Positions 1 to 11,931 of a DNA stretch of 64,000 nucleotides are shown piece after piece. The DNA comes from Cyanidioschyzon merolae. Its lineage: Eukaryota. The notes below the pieces were generated by a model. It was not told the DNA's origin. It saw only the letters and a list, made by a program, of their open reading frames with translations, and ran no database searches. Made by a program: the position numbers and the translations under genes. Positions within the stretch are counted from its first letter, which is position 1. Each line of letters starts with the position of its first letter. Location: assembly GCA_000091205.1 (NCBI GenBank), contig AP006499.2; one strand, 5' to 3'.

Positions 1-1018
1 CGCAAGGCGGTTTCGCATAATCCACTGGAAGCGATCTCCACGATGACTAAAGACCGAGTCCGAGGCACTTTTCTATGCGAAGAGAAGAGACAGGAGCTCC
101 TGGGGGCATACCCCGTGTAACATATCTCGCTGATGTCGCATGCCGTTCCGTTGATGGCCACCAAAATAGGAGGTTTTTTTCTCGACCGGAATTGCTTATC
201 TTACGAGACATGTTGCGTGAGCTTCCGTCATGAGCTTGTGCACAAGCCTCCGATAGACGACGTTGGGTCTCCCTTCATCTTCTGTTGGCTGGCGAGAATT
301 GCTGCACCATCGAATCGCTTTGTAAGAGAAAATCGATAAGTTGGAGGATGTGTGATTTGAGCGTGCTTCATGTCAGTAAAGCAGAAGCATGCGGACGTGT
401 GCATACGCATTGGATGAACCATTCGGCTCTTTTAAGGATCTTTTTTTTGAGGGTGTCGCCGAATCCGGTTCATCCCAGGCACGGTACGCGTTCCAGCGCC
501 ACTGCGTCGGGCGGAGCCACACTGGGGATACGATCGAGCATACGAAAACGACGTATGCGTCCGCAATCCCTTACTGCTTCACTGCGCACGCCACTGCTGT
601 AGACTAAAAATACGTATGGAGAAAAGTCGAAATGCAGCCCGAGAGCCAGCAGTTCCGTTTTCCATGATGATCCTCTGCTCCCGTTCGTGAAAGCGCAGTC
701 TGCTTCGCCGCAGCCTGTGCCGCACGACACACCGATGGCGCTGTCGCGATCCTTTCATGAGGCTGTGCCGATGCCGCTCCAAAAAGCGCAACGCACTACC
801 CATGCCTTCGTTCTACCACGATTGCAGGGGCGTTGATAAGGCACTCTTGTGGCGACCGGCACTGGGTGCAATACAAACGCACGAGCGCTGCCACTCGGCG
901 CCTTGTCTTCTGGTGCAGCAACCCGCCCGATCCTTGTTCGGCAGCGGCACAGCGCCGGTGGTGCAAACGAGGCGCTCATCGCATCCTATTCGGACTGGTG
1001 TGCGTGCTTCGATCCGTC

Positions 1019-2254
1019 ATGAGTCAGGAAGCGTTGTTTCGTGACTTGCAGCTCATCCAGCGTCTCAATCATATGACGCCACTGTGGATTTTAGAAGACC
1101 CCAGCACCTTCACGTACGCGGGGTTTGTGCCTATCAAGACTGCGTCGCGGGAGAATCGCGCTTGCTTCTTGCGCGTACAGTGTCCAAAAGGACCCGCCGA
1201 CCTGTGTGACGCCTCATATGCGCTTGAAAGTTGGGCAGAAAACCTCATTTCATATTATGGCCTCGATGGCGCCCTGCGAAAGCGGTTAGAGCGAGCGCAC
1301 GACCTAGCAGAGTTCGTTGCTGAGGTCCAGGACCTGCTCGAGCGCTGCGCAGATGGGCGTGCAGCGGTTCCACGAACGCCGGTACCACCACCGGCACCTA
1401 CAGTGGCAGGTAGCACGTTGTTGGCGACGCTACCGGACCCTTTTTTCTACCGGAGACTGTGTACGGATCTGAAGCATATCGGATGGTCTTGCCTGCGGCA
1501 TCTGGCGATGGATTTTGAGTCTGTCACATTGCAGGCTATAGACACGGGCGGGCGCCTCCACGAGCTCCAGATCCTCGACCTCATGCGCGAGCAACCAACT
1601 TGCATAGCAGCGCTGCCATGGCGTCCAACGGCAATTTGCAGACCTGCATCCGAAGACGGACGCTTATTTATCTCGATCTATGAGACCTATCGTCGATTCC
1701 GCAGTATGCTCGATGAACTTGAGCCTTACTTCCGCGTACTGGATGACTTTGATGCGCACACCTGGGTTCTCGAGCCGGAGCATCCAACGTATGCGGTGTC
1801 GTCAAGGCGTCTGAACCTGGCGCCACAATGCTCACTAGTCGTGGAAATCGACCCAGCAGATCCATGCCGCCTCCCGAATGTTCGTTTCTTTGGTAGCGAA
1901 CAGCGGATCGAGGCCATGCGGAATCGTTTCTTTGAGCGCCGAGCACTCTGGGACTCGTCCGCGCGGACTCCGCGAGAGAACCTACAAGTCGTGCTCATGA
2001 TGGCCTTGCCGCCGCGTCCAGCGGATATGATGCAGAACGCAAAAGACAACGAGTGCGGTATTTGCTATACGTATGAGCTGGAGGGTGAGGGCATCCCCGA
2101 TTGGGCGTGCGATGCGGCATCATGCGGGCGACCGTATCACCGCAGCTGCCTGCGCACCTGGCTTGCAAGTATTCCGGAGACACGGCAGCTGTTCCAAATG
2201 TATCATGGCTCTTGTCCGTACTGTGGCGAACCGATTCAGGTGAGCAAGATCTGA
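1019..2254 (+). CDS. FANCL: FANCL-like E3 ubiquitin ligase (C-terminal PHD/RING finger of the Fanconi anaemia core-complex ligase)
   Basis: ORF 833..2254. The track start is TTG. The first in-frame ATG is at 1019 (MSQEALFRDLQ). The last 65 aa, CGICYTYELEGEGIPDWACDAASCGRPYHRSCLRTWLASIPETRQLFQMYHGSCPYCGEPIQVSKI, match the FANCL C-terminal zinc finger pattern CGICY..(D)..C.N..CG.PFH..CL.EWL........F....G.CPYC..PI almost position for position. TGA stop. Confidence 0.65.
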   Translation: MSQEALFRDLQLIQRLNHMTPLWILEDPSTFTYAGFVPIKTASRENRACFLRVQCPKGPADLCDASYALESWAENLISYYGLDGALRKRLERAHDLAEFVAEVQDLLERCADGRAAVPRTPVPPPAPTVAGSTLLATLPDPFFYRRLCTDLKHIGWSCLRHLAMDFESVTLQAIDTGGRLHELQILDLMREQPTCIAALPWRPTAICRPASEDGRLFISIYETYRRFRSMLDELEPYFRVLDDFDAHTWVLEPEHPTYAVSSRRLNLAPQCSLVVEIDPADPCRLPNVRFFGSEQRIEAMRNRFFERRALWDSSARTPRENLQVVLMMALPPRPADMMQNAKDNECGICYTYELEGEGIPDWACDAASCGRPYHRSCLRTWLASIPETRQLFQMYHGSCPYCGEPIQVSKI

Positions 2255-3784
2255 ACGTATCGCTCAAGGACTGGGCGTAGACGTTAAAGCTGACGCATCG
2301 CCCTCGCCGATAGGCACCGATTTCTTCCACGAATCTGATCACAAGTTACGCTGATCATGCTGCATATGCGTTGCAAAGTGGATAAAGATGCGCATTCGAA
2401 CTGTGGCTTTGAAACGCTCTCAGCGACAAGCACGGGAGCGTCGTCAAGATCCCGCCATTCCAGACGCATTGCTGAACGAGCACTGAACATGCTGCATCGC
2501 GCCATACACGAATGCAATTCGTTCAGAGCACATGGCACGAATCACGAAGCGATTTTTCTCCGGATCAATCTAGCTGGGTAGCGAGATAAGGTGAGCACCT
2601 GATGAGACGCGACACACACGCTTGGAATAGGTGCGCTCGAAACTACACCGGTGTTGGGTGCCAACCGCGTCTGCAGGTCGCATCACAGTCGCTCGTCTGC
2701 CACGGACGTCCACGAAACCCCGACAAGTCTGGAACCTTCAAGCAAGTCTATGATCCGGTTCGGGTCCAGGATCCGTTCAACAAACTGCTGCTTGTAGCGG
2801 GGCGCCTATGATCCAGCATTCGAACCCGGATCCGATGAGGGCGGGCGCTTTCCACGCAGCCCGAAGACGCGGTTCATCACGGCATGCTCTTGGTAGCCGA
2901 GTTCGTGCATCCGTCGGCGAGCTGCTCGATAAATTGACGATCGTGCTGTATCCACATATCATGGTGGCTAGTGTGCTGCCAAGTAACGTGTTCAAGCGAT
3001 CACGCAGACTGTTCAGCTGTGATCATCGTCGAACGACGCTATTCCACGACAGACGGGATGCCTACCGGACGCATGTCATCCGCTGTGATGAACGTGGACG
3101 CAAACCGCGCGCGTTTGACAGCGTGTCTCTGAAGTGAACGGTGCTGTCCGGTTATCACAAAAAGTTCGACGTCTCGATCATCGTATTCAGGTCTCTGCAG
3201 AGAAGTCCGGGATTTGTGGATCCGTTGCACCACGAGGAGCTCGCTCATCATTGCGAGCGCCACGCGCCCGCGATGCTTTGTCCAACGCAAGATCGCTGGC
3301 GAGGAAACACTGCCGAAGAATCACAGCGTACTCGCTGCACGAGGGCCGTTACGGTCAGGTGCTGAGGACCCAGAAGCGCCCATGCGGAACGCAATAGAGC
3401 AAGGCAACTCCGCCAGGCTGCGCCTGGAAAGCGATGCGCTATCACCGACAATCGGGCGAAGTTTGCAGCTCGGTCCCCGAAACGTCTGAATGCGTCAACT
3501 GGCTAGACCAGCAGCTTGACCACGGAGCAAACGGAGCACCGCGGTTTGCTCGCGTTCGGATACCCCGTGACAAGCTCGTACATTCCAGACGCCAGAGCAC
3601 GACAGCAGGCAACAGGGCGTGCGGCGCAAGCGATGCGCTCAGCTTCACCGCGCTGTTCTCGATCGCTCGACTTGTGATCGACAGCCGACTACTTCCACAG
3701 GGAATGCCCATCATGACAGTGCCGCTGGTACGCTTCGTACACATGCGCAGGTTTCTCGTTCACAACGAATACCATAAACCGCGC

Positions 3785-4768
3785 TCACAACGCACTGCGC
3801 TCTGTCTCGAGTCTGAGCAGAACGCGCACCGGACGATGATCCGACAGATCATAGCGCTCAATATCCGGCCACTGATCCGCTTCCAATTCAGGCGGCAATA
3901 ACTGAGCACTTTGAAAGATCTTCTCCGAGGCCCAGTCCAAAAAAACATGATCGCAACAGATCTGCTTACCGTCGTGCGTCAGGTGCGTCACAGAGCGCTG
4001 AGGTAAGCGGCAGCGGACGTACATATTGGACTCCAGGTAGCGAAGAACGGGATCCTCAGCACCGAGGGTATTCCAGTCGCCACAGAGCACAACGACTCGA
4101 TGGCAAGGAGGAATCTCCTCACGAGCCTGTGCCGTCATATGATGCACAGTTCGAACCTGGTGCTTCCGCAGAGCGTTGTCCCAGATATGATGTGGATACG
4201 TCAGATGTACATTCAGGACAAGAAGATGCATATGCGGGGCCCACGTGGGTCGAAGGTGCACCAGCAGGCCGATACGGTCACCGAGTGGGGTCAAAGTGAA
4301 GCATCGCCACTTTTCTACATGAAAGTCTGTGCGCCGAAAAAATACCGCCAGACCGTCTCGTTTGCTACCAGGACGCTTCGCTTTGATCCAGCGAAAGGTC
4401 TCCGCGGGAAACCGCGTTTGAAAGATCTCCTCATACGCAGGTTCGAACAGGTACTCTTGGAGACAAATGATGTCTCCTATGAGTTTTGGTTGCTCACGAA
4501 TGCCATCCTCGCGCTGTTGGACTGTGCAAGTGCCGTCCGCGAGGAACGTGCACGTTCTTTCTGCTCTCTGCTGCCAGCGTTGCGGCTGCGACCACTCCGG
4601 GCTCCCTCCACTGCACCCGCTGTTCTGAGAACGCTCACAGAGCGCTGGCGGACGCACAGCGTAACACGGAGCCAGTAGATTGAAAGTAACGATACTGAAC
4701 TGTAGAGGTTTTGGGTGACCTCTCAGTGTAAAGGCGGCGTCATGCGCGTGCTGCTGTTGGCTCGCCAT
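3785..4768 (-). CDS. endonuclease/exonuclease/phosphatase (EEP) family protein, CCR4/nocturnin/angel-like
   Basis: 327-aa ORF with an ATG start (MASQQQ). Motifs FSIVTFNLLAPCY near the N-terminus, VLCGDWN, and the C-terminal YDLSDHRPVRVLL (the SDH catalytic His of EEP enzymes). Convergent with FANCL. Confidence 0.6.
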   Translation of the reverse strand: MASQQQHAHDAAFTLRGHPKPLQFSIVTFNLLAPCYAVRPPALCERSQNSGCSGGSPEWSQPQRWQQRAERTCTFLADGTCTVQQREDGIREQPKLIGDIICLQEYLFEPAYEEIFQTRFPAETFRWIKAKRPGSKRDGLAVFFRRTDFHVEKWRCFTLTPLGDRIGLLVHLRPTWAPHMHLLVLNVHLTYPHHIWDNALRKHQVRTVHHMTAQAREEIPPCHRVVVLCGDWNTLGAEDPVLRYLESNMYVRCRLPQRSVTHLTHDGKQICCDHVFLDWASEKIFQSAQLLPPELEADQWPDIERYDLSDHRPVRVLLRLETERSAL

Positions 4769-4821
4769 TTCACTGGTTTGACGCGCCTTTCCAAAAAGCG
4801 TTTTTCAGGGCCAACACCTCA

Positions 4822-4845
4822 GCTGCTGCTGCTGCTGCTGCTGCA
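4822..4845. repeat. (CTG)7 trinucleotide repeat. A (GCC)6 tract follows at about 5253-5273
   Basis: cagctgctgctgctgctgctgctgcagag, then gtcgccgccgccgccgccgcctct. Both are intergenic, between the EEP gene and R1. Confidence 0.8.
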
Positions 4846-6242
4846 GAGATACTCGGTCAGCGCCAGCAGCGCCAGTATGTACTGTGGCTCGCACGTGCAG
4901 CAAAGGAAAAGTTTTGGCTTCACTGTAACCAGACAATACAACGACGCACATGGAATGGGAGATTCTAGCTGGGACCCTGTATGCCCCGGGCGCACGCTCG
5001 ACTTGAGCATTTGTCTCCAAGCAATGCTCGTAAGCGGGCAGTTGAACTCTATCGGAAACAGTAGAAAGCAGCAGTTTATAAAGTTCTCTATGCAGCGTCG
5101 GCAACGCGTCGAGACTATTCATGACACGAGAACTCCGCTGGAATCAACAGAAACCAGCTATTTCAAAAGTCCTCCGTACACACCCAAGATGCTGGTAGGC
5201 ATGCCCTCGTGCTTATCTTCCTCAGGAAAAGCGGTCCAGTGAATCGGACGGAGTCGCCGCCGCCGCCGCCGCCGCCTCTACTCAGGCTAGACCATGAACG
5301 AAACCGAACAGCGATCGACCGCGGCATTATCCGCACACAGCGTCCACTACTGTATCACAAATAAAAATAGCAAAGGTCGACGACGAGCTTCGCGGTTCAC
5401 TGTATACTGTCGCTTTTCGAAGCGTCGCTTACATAGGCTCGTCTGCTCATGCGGAGGAGCGTCATTGCATGCGTGCTCGTGCTTGCACACAAGGCTGTGC
5501 CTGAGGCGTCGCTCGGCATGGATATCAAGTTCCATCCTTCGTCTCGATTAGTGTCCAGTCGAGCTGCATACTCTTTGTGACAACCAGTCTCCAGGTCGTT
5601 GTAGACGCCACATCGAACGGAGCGTCTATGATGAGGTGCTCGAGCAATCGAAGCAGCAACATCCGGTAGAAACGTAAAGCCTGCAGTTTTCCCACAATAT
5701 CGACGATAAACCTTCGCATTAGCGCTCTCCGACCGCACTCAGTGTCGCTCACGAAACTCGAGGATATCGTGCTGCTGAGAAACGAACGCTGTTCGCCTTG
5801 CTTGCCACCCTATCGCACTCAGAGAAAAACAGCACTGCACGAACACACAGTTGCAGCAGAGGAAAGGCTGGCGCCCTCGTCGAACTGTCCCTTTCGGAAA
5901 CGCTCACTTGTGCGCCTGCTCTTGGCGCATGTTACGCTCAAACCGGAGAACAGCCCTTCGGGTTTCCTCCAGCCAGAACTTGACGTTCGGTACTCGGTAC
6001 TGCTGAGCAACGTACATACCTGTACAGGTACCCATTAGGAATACAAAAGTTACCGTGGCAATTGACATTGCGCACAGTGGACGATTTGTACTGCAAAACG
6101 TGTGTCCAGGTGCGAAACGAAACACGAAACTGCGAACGAAAAAACGGACGGGAGTGTTCTGCGCCAGCGCCGCGCCGATCGTGAAGCCCTCCGTACACTC
6201 GCCGCGAATCGCAGGCTATGCTCCTGCCTGATGGGAATGAAT

Positions 6243-7598
6243 CACGGAACTGCTCGATCTAATCATGTCTTGCGAATTTTTCCAAACTTGTATCGGTATG
6301 CAGCCTCGACTTTCCAAGTGCAGCGATACTAGTTTACGGGTTCATTTGTCGATTTTAGGATGATCGGTCGTGGTTTCGGTGTGGTGCATGCGACTATCTG
6401 GCGCTGGATCTCGCTAGGTGACTGGAATCAAGATCATTGGCGGCATTCGCGACTAAGGGCTCGTAACATAACCGACATGATCACAGCGTTCAGACGTGCA
6501 AGCCTCCAGGATTCTCCTTTTATTACGTGTTGTATACGCGAATCATAATCTTCATTCACGTTTCCGATCTTTCTGTTTCAAGGCAAGTTGGTTGTGCAGC
6601 AATGCGCTCCGCTGGATTGGCGATGAAGGGATCTCGACGTCGTCTCATTACGACTTGCAGAATATGTTATTTCAATCGCTCACTGGACTTGCAAACTCAA
6701 ATAAGCGATCCCTGGTCGAAAGACAAACACCCTAATCTTCGCGCCCGTCGACGAGACGGTATGCGGCACCAGCACCCTGATACCTCGCACGGGACAGGCT
6801 GCCAGAGGCTCCCGAGTCGCCTGTTCGCAAGCGCAGAAAAGCGCCCTGGACGCTGGGTTCAGTCGTCGCAGCGACCGCTGCCGGTGTAGCGCTCGTCACC
6901 GCTTTGCATGGAGTGAGCGTGCATCGCTCAATATACTTCGACTTGTCCTTCGAGCGGCGCTTTCCTTCGGGTAGTTGCTTCATCGTGGACAACATCGCGC
7001 TCCACGTACCGTCTACCGAGAGGAACAGCGTACGCTTCCATGTAAAACAGGCGGCGTGCTCCCCGAGAGGATCGCCCAGCACAAGCCCGTGATCGCTGCG
7101 TGCGACACTGGGCTCGGAAATGGAGCACGGCATCCAAGGCAGCCTTCTTCATTCGTCAAGGGCATGTACTGAGCGACGAGGCAAGCGTGCGCACGCCACT
7201 GGGTGCTTCTCCAGTGAGAACGTACGGCGTACGTGTGAGAGCACCTGATCACAGTTTCGTGTTACCGCTGCGAAGGACGCCACGAGTCTCTATGAAGACA
7301 AAATGAAAATCGCGAGCGAAGCAACGTTTCCAATTCCAGTCTGTGCATGGAATGCGTTGTCAACAGCGCGCAGCGACGGCTTCGGGGCCTGAACGCTGCC
7401 ATCACCATCGGTCGACTGCTGGCATCGAAGCAGGCGGGACACCAGAGACCAGCGTATATCAACATCTGATGCAAGAACTAGGAACAAGGACCCGTCGCAG
7501 AGGAGGCCCGCAAAGGCCGGTGTTGATGACGGGCGGAAGCGACGCTGACGTTCGATAGTACGTCCGAGTTGGAGGACCCGTTCCATGTTATTTTGCTA
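6243..7598. repeat. R-family dispersed repeat, copy R1 (1356 bp). It is about 99% identical to 23336..24691 and in the same orientation
   Basis: Identity is visible by eye from cacggaactgctcgatctaatcatgtcttgcgaattttt... through ...cgttcgatagtacgtccgagttggaggacccgttccat, with only scattered SNPs (gtatcggtatgc vs gtatcgatatgc, actagttt vs actggttt). The ORF track gives the same peptides at both loci. Confidence 0.9.
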
Positions 7599-7745
7599 TC
7601 GGTTGAGTATCTCCGAATCGGTTCCCTATGAAGCAACGACGTGCCCGGCATTGGCGGGATCTGGAGCACCAGATGCGCGCACGACTTCACTGCGTCATCG
7701 TATCCTACATATGGCGCGCTGCGGTGACGTCGAGGGTTCGCTGCA

Positions 7746-8492
7746 ATGAACTCGCAGAAAACGATAGATGAAGAGGAACTGCGTATCCCCCGGGATGATC
7801 CAAGTGAGTGGATCAGTTCAGGGTCTGTAGAAAGGTCGACAGTGCTTTTTATCTGGAGTTCGGCGCCCGCGGAAACGCTGGCGGCTAGTCGCAGTGTTTA
7901 TCGTGCGCTTCAGGCGCAGAGGCAACTGCAGCCGGAGCTACGACTGCTCTGTTTCGATTTGCATGAACAAAGATCAAAGCTCTCTAAGGTTCTTGAGACA
8001 TACAAGGTTGGTGCGGTGCCAACTGTGCTCGCGTTCCCGGCGCACGCGCATCAACCCAGCGACCGTGTCGAGGGTGTCTACCCGGCACGCGTTGGCGCGC
8101 TGGTAGAACAGCTGGTTCACAACTCGGCTGCGGCGGATACGAAGACGGTGCGGCAGCGGGTTGAGAAGATGATTAGCGAGCACCCGATACTGCTTTTTAT
8201 GAAAGGAACGCCTGAGCGGCCTCGGTGTGGGTTTAGTCAACAGATCGTGCAGCTTCTTGTGGGGGATCTCAAACTGCCACGTGCCAGTCTTGCCACATTT
8301 GACGTACTAACTGACGAGCAGGTCCGTCAAGAGGTGAAAGCATACAGTCAGTGGCCGACATTTCCCCAACTTTACGTACGAGGTGAGCTCATTGGCGGCC
8401 TTGATGTCTGCCGCGAAATGGCACAATCTGGCGAACTCGCGGCATTACTGGCATCCGCGACGCGCGATGAACACGGAACAACTGGTCCTTGA
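7746..8492 (+). CDS. monothiol (CGFS) glutaredoxin with an N-terminal thioredoxin-like domain (Grx3/PICOT architecture)
   Basis: ATG at 7746. The C-terminal domain LLFMKGTPERPRCGFSQQIVQLL...WPTFPQLYVRGELIGGLDVCREM carries the CGFS active site and the Grx fold motifs (TFPQLYV, GGLD). The first ~120 aa are thioredoxin-like with no CxxC. Confidence 0.75.
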   Translation: MNSQKTIDEEELRIPRDDPSEWISSGSVERSTVLFIWSSAPAETLAASRSVYRALQAQRQLQPELRLLCFDLHEQRSKLSKVLETYKVGAVPTVLAFPAHAHQPSDRVEGVYPARVGALVEQLVHNSAAADTKTVRQRVEKMISEHPILLFMKGTPERPRCGFSQQIVQLLVGDLKLPRASLATFDVLTDEQVRQEVKAYSQWPTFPQLYVRGELIGGLDVCREMAQSGELAALLASATRDEHGTTGP

Positions 8493-9524
8493 GGTTAGCG
8501 CTGCAGACAACGATTGTTTCAGCTATGGTTAGTATGGGCAGGGTTGCGCGTATGGTGACTCTGCGGACGAGTGCAGAGAAAGCGGACCTGAGTCCAAGAT
8601 TCCCGGACTCTGTGCACGAACGAAGCCAAAACCTTCGCGGAGCGGCCTCACTGGTGGACACTCGTGAACCGCATATTTTCTGAATCTTTTGACGGTATTG
8701 ACCACCTGGAAGATGACCGGCATCGCGTGAATCGATGCGCAGGATTCCATAGTATTTTTCCAGATAGAATACTGGGGCACGCAGATTCATACAGCTGGCA
8801 TCTCATGCAGCGTGCCTTAGGGTGATGTCGTGCAGTGCTACAAATTCCGAGTGCGTGCTGCGGAGATCTTCGTAAGCTGAAAGAGGCAACGCGATTTTGC
8901 TGGAACAGGGGTTCCATGGAAAATCGAGATATCGAGCACCTGCCCTGCCGATGATGGCACTGGCCCGCCTTGACGTGTTCTTGGAACACTGCGACGCCAT
9001 TTGATCAGGATTGCGTAAAGAACACGCTGGAGCTCTGAACCGCACTGATCGCTGCTGAAATATCGCCCTGGATTCTGGGTCTGTGGTTTCGGCCAGAACG
9101 ATCGTCGATGGAAAATTTTCCTCGTGATACTACCCCAGAAGCAGTCTTAAATGCAGAACCCTGATGCCTGGGCTAACTGTACAAGCGCGCCTTTCATTTT
9201 TGTTCCTTCGTCCCGCTCGTATTCAACGAATGGAGTCTATTCCGTGGACCGAAGAGAGATGGTGGGAAATTTTATACTATCATAACGTACTTGCGAAGAA
9301 TGGCATTCACTCTACAAGTCACTCATTCCGCGATCATCAGTGGGTTATTGAGCAAAGCTGCTCGTCGTCCTTGTTCTCGTCGTCGTGCTCTTATCACGGA
9401 TTCTGTTCTACTCTGTGCCCATCGTCACCTACTCGTCAATCTTTTTAACTCGATATGTTTTCTTAAAAATAGCATAACAGAATCCATGGGATGTGAAGTG
9501 TCCACACCGTTGATATGAACCGCG

Positions 9525-11453
9525 ATGAACGTACATGAATGGACAAAGAAGTACGCACACTGTCATAGGAGACCGTCACGCAGTGAACTACTCAATATCC
9601 ATCTAGTATTAGAACGCGAATGCGTATCCCAGGAGGCAGGCGGCATCGTTTCGCTCGAGGAGACCTCGTTCAGGGGAAACGGTAGCGCCGCACAGTGGTA
9701 CGCAAAGAGGGGCAAACCGCTGTTTGTAAAACAGGTACTCTCGAGCACTCCAACAACATTAGCCCTTGCGGATTTTCAATCGTAGAGTTACGACGAAATC
9801 GCCAAATGAGCAAGATCGTTCAGCACCACTCCATTAACTGAAGCACGCTTCATGGTGCCTGCTTCTCAAAGTCTTCTCGCTGCCCGTATGACACTGCCGC
9901 TTTCCAACACTCGAAAGCAGCCAGGGAGTGCGTGGCTCAGATCGACATTGACAAGCACTTCGTGCCAGCGTATTCTGCCTGGTTCAATACAAACCAATGT
10001 ATCTTCTCTGTTGTCATACGCCATTTTGATGTTCTAAGACGCATGGACGAATCGTTTGCAACCGTGGCGTCGCTCGTCATCAAGTCGTTGTGTACCTTTG
10101 CCAGCCGTGAACTACGGTGCTGCCCCTGTGCTCTTGCGGGGCAGCAATCGAAAAGATTTGCCTCGGTCAGTGGATATATGCTGGTGACGGCGACGGTGAC
10201 GAGCTTGTAGTTAAGGCGTAGTGGATATACAAAGACGAACGGAGAGCTTCGGTGATGCTGCCAAACTAGTACTTCTGAATTCCGCGAAGAAATCAGGTAT
10301 AGAGCATGTCGATTACATGCGTGTCGCCCCGGCACGTAGAGGAAGCAGGTTACTATTGCACTAGTCTCCGCGAGCAACAAGGAAGCGTTCTCACGACCTC
10401 GCGCAGAGCGCTGGCAGAGCTTGATGAAGATTTCTCGCTTAGAGGGAGGAAGTGGGAAGGGTTTTTAAAGAATGATAGAGGGCAACAGAGTATCGAGCTG
10501 CAAAGCCTTTGTCAAAAATTGGCATGTGTCGCGCGACGAGACTCATGTTCAGGTGTTCAGGATAGATGAAGAGCAAGACTTTATGATCAGTGTGGATCCC
10601 GGATTCAACAACTTAATCGCTGTAGCTGTCCCTCTACATCCAGAGGACAGAGCTGAAAATCTGAACGGCGTGAAGTTGTACCAGATCAACTTTTCCAGGC
10701 CTGGGTACCAACAAGAGTCGGGTATGGCAGACTCAAGGCGGCATACCAACAACTTGAATGATTGTGTCAGGACTGGTCTCGACGCTGTGTGCACCGTGTC
10801 GTGCAGCGTGCGCTGCTTTGCACGCTTCATTTAGAGAGTACATCAGCGTAAAAGTGGCTCGTGCGGACGATCTTTGGCTGGAGTATGCGACTTCGTGCTA
10901 TGACCGCCAATGGATTGGGGTTTACTGAGGCAGGGAACGTGCGTCCGCCAACGTCTTCAATGAGTTGGACAAAGAAATGACCGATACGTATTATCGTTTG
11001 GCGTCAGCCTATCACGCAAGACGTGCTGAGGCGCGAAAGGAGTGCATCTCTGATCCTTTGATGAGCGCGTTCAACGAGTGCACGAATCGATGCTGCACGA
11101 CTCGCGTCGATGAGTTCAGGACTGCATTCATGCATCAGGGGCGCGGCCGCACATTGGAGTAGGCAGAGAAGGGGCGCGTGAAGAAGAGACGGACGCACGA
11201 GGTGGTATGCGGTAAGCTGATCGAACGTCAGGTGACGAGGGAATCAAAATTGAGAGGCTTCCCATGTCGTACTTCCACCGGCAAGCATGCGCGCAGGCAC
11301 TCTCTGCACCAAAGCTTGAAAGCCTCGATCAACCTGCGAAATTGTTCCGTGCTTCCGGAGCGCCCAGCGCCTTTGTGTCGAGCAGATAATCGAGGGAATC
11401 GTTTATTGGTGAGGTCGGGGATTTTGCTGACACACACGGAATACTTTCGATAA
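9525..11453 (+). mobile_element. degenerate Fanzor/TnpB-like (IS200/IS605 OrfB, RuvC-fold) element, copy D. It is pseudogenised and split over 5 or more frames
   Basis: ORF 10472..10834 contains VQVFRIDEEQDFMISVDPGFNNLIAVAVP, the RuvC-I G-I-D-P-G block with Asp intact. ORF 11178..11453 contains KHARRHSLHQSLKASINLRNCSVLPERPAPLCRADNRGNRLL. That is a degenerate RuvC-III DFNAAINIRRCAxL...ANF block in which the Asp is replaced by Ser. ORFs 9525.., 9932.., 10306.. and 10965.. cover the N-terminal and linker regions in other frames. Confidence 0.6.
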
Positions 11454-11931
11454 AAACAGTCAATGGCTACGAGACGTGTCATTGGATTCCCGCCTGTGGC
11501 AAAGCACAAATGCAGCACAGTACGGTACGGTCAGCGGTCCATCAGGCTTGGAGTGCCGTCTAAATGCATGAGTATGGACCGGAAACGCTTTTCCTGGGCT
11601 ATCGGAGAACGTGAACGGTGTTCCATTATTCGATATTACAGAGTAAAGCACCATGCCAATCCACAGGCTATCTAATGAGTGAATTCATTATGCGACGCTG
11701 GTCAACTGGAAAGCAGCCCGCAAAGTCCGCCTCTGGTGCGAGGAGCCGTCAATTCAGACACAGAGCACTCGATTCAAAAATCTGGCAAAACTTTTTTCGG
11801 AACGATCCATCCACGAAAGATTGCTCGGAGCATGCAGCTTGTTGGCAATCGTCCTTCGCAGGAATCGGGGAAGCAGCGGCTGCATCCGGCAAATGCATTG
11901 CTACTGATTCGTTCCGAATCGCGCTTGACCT

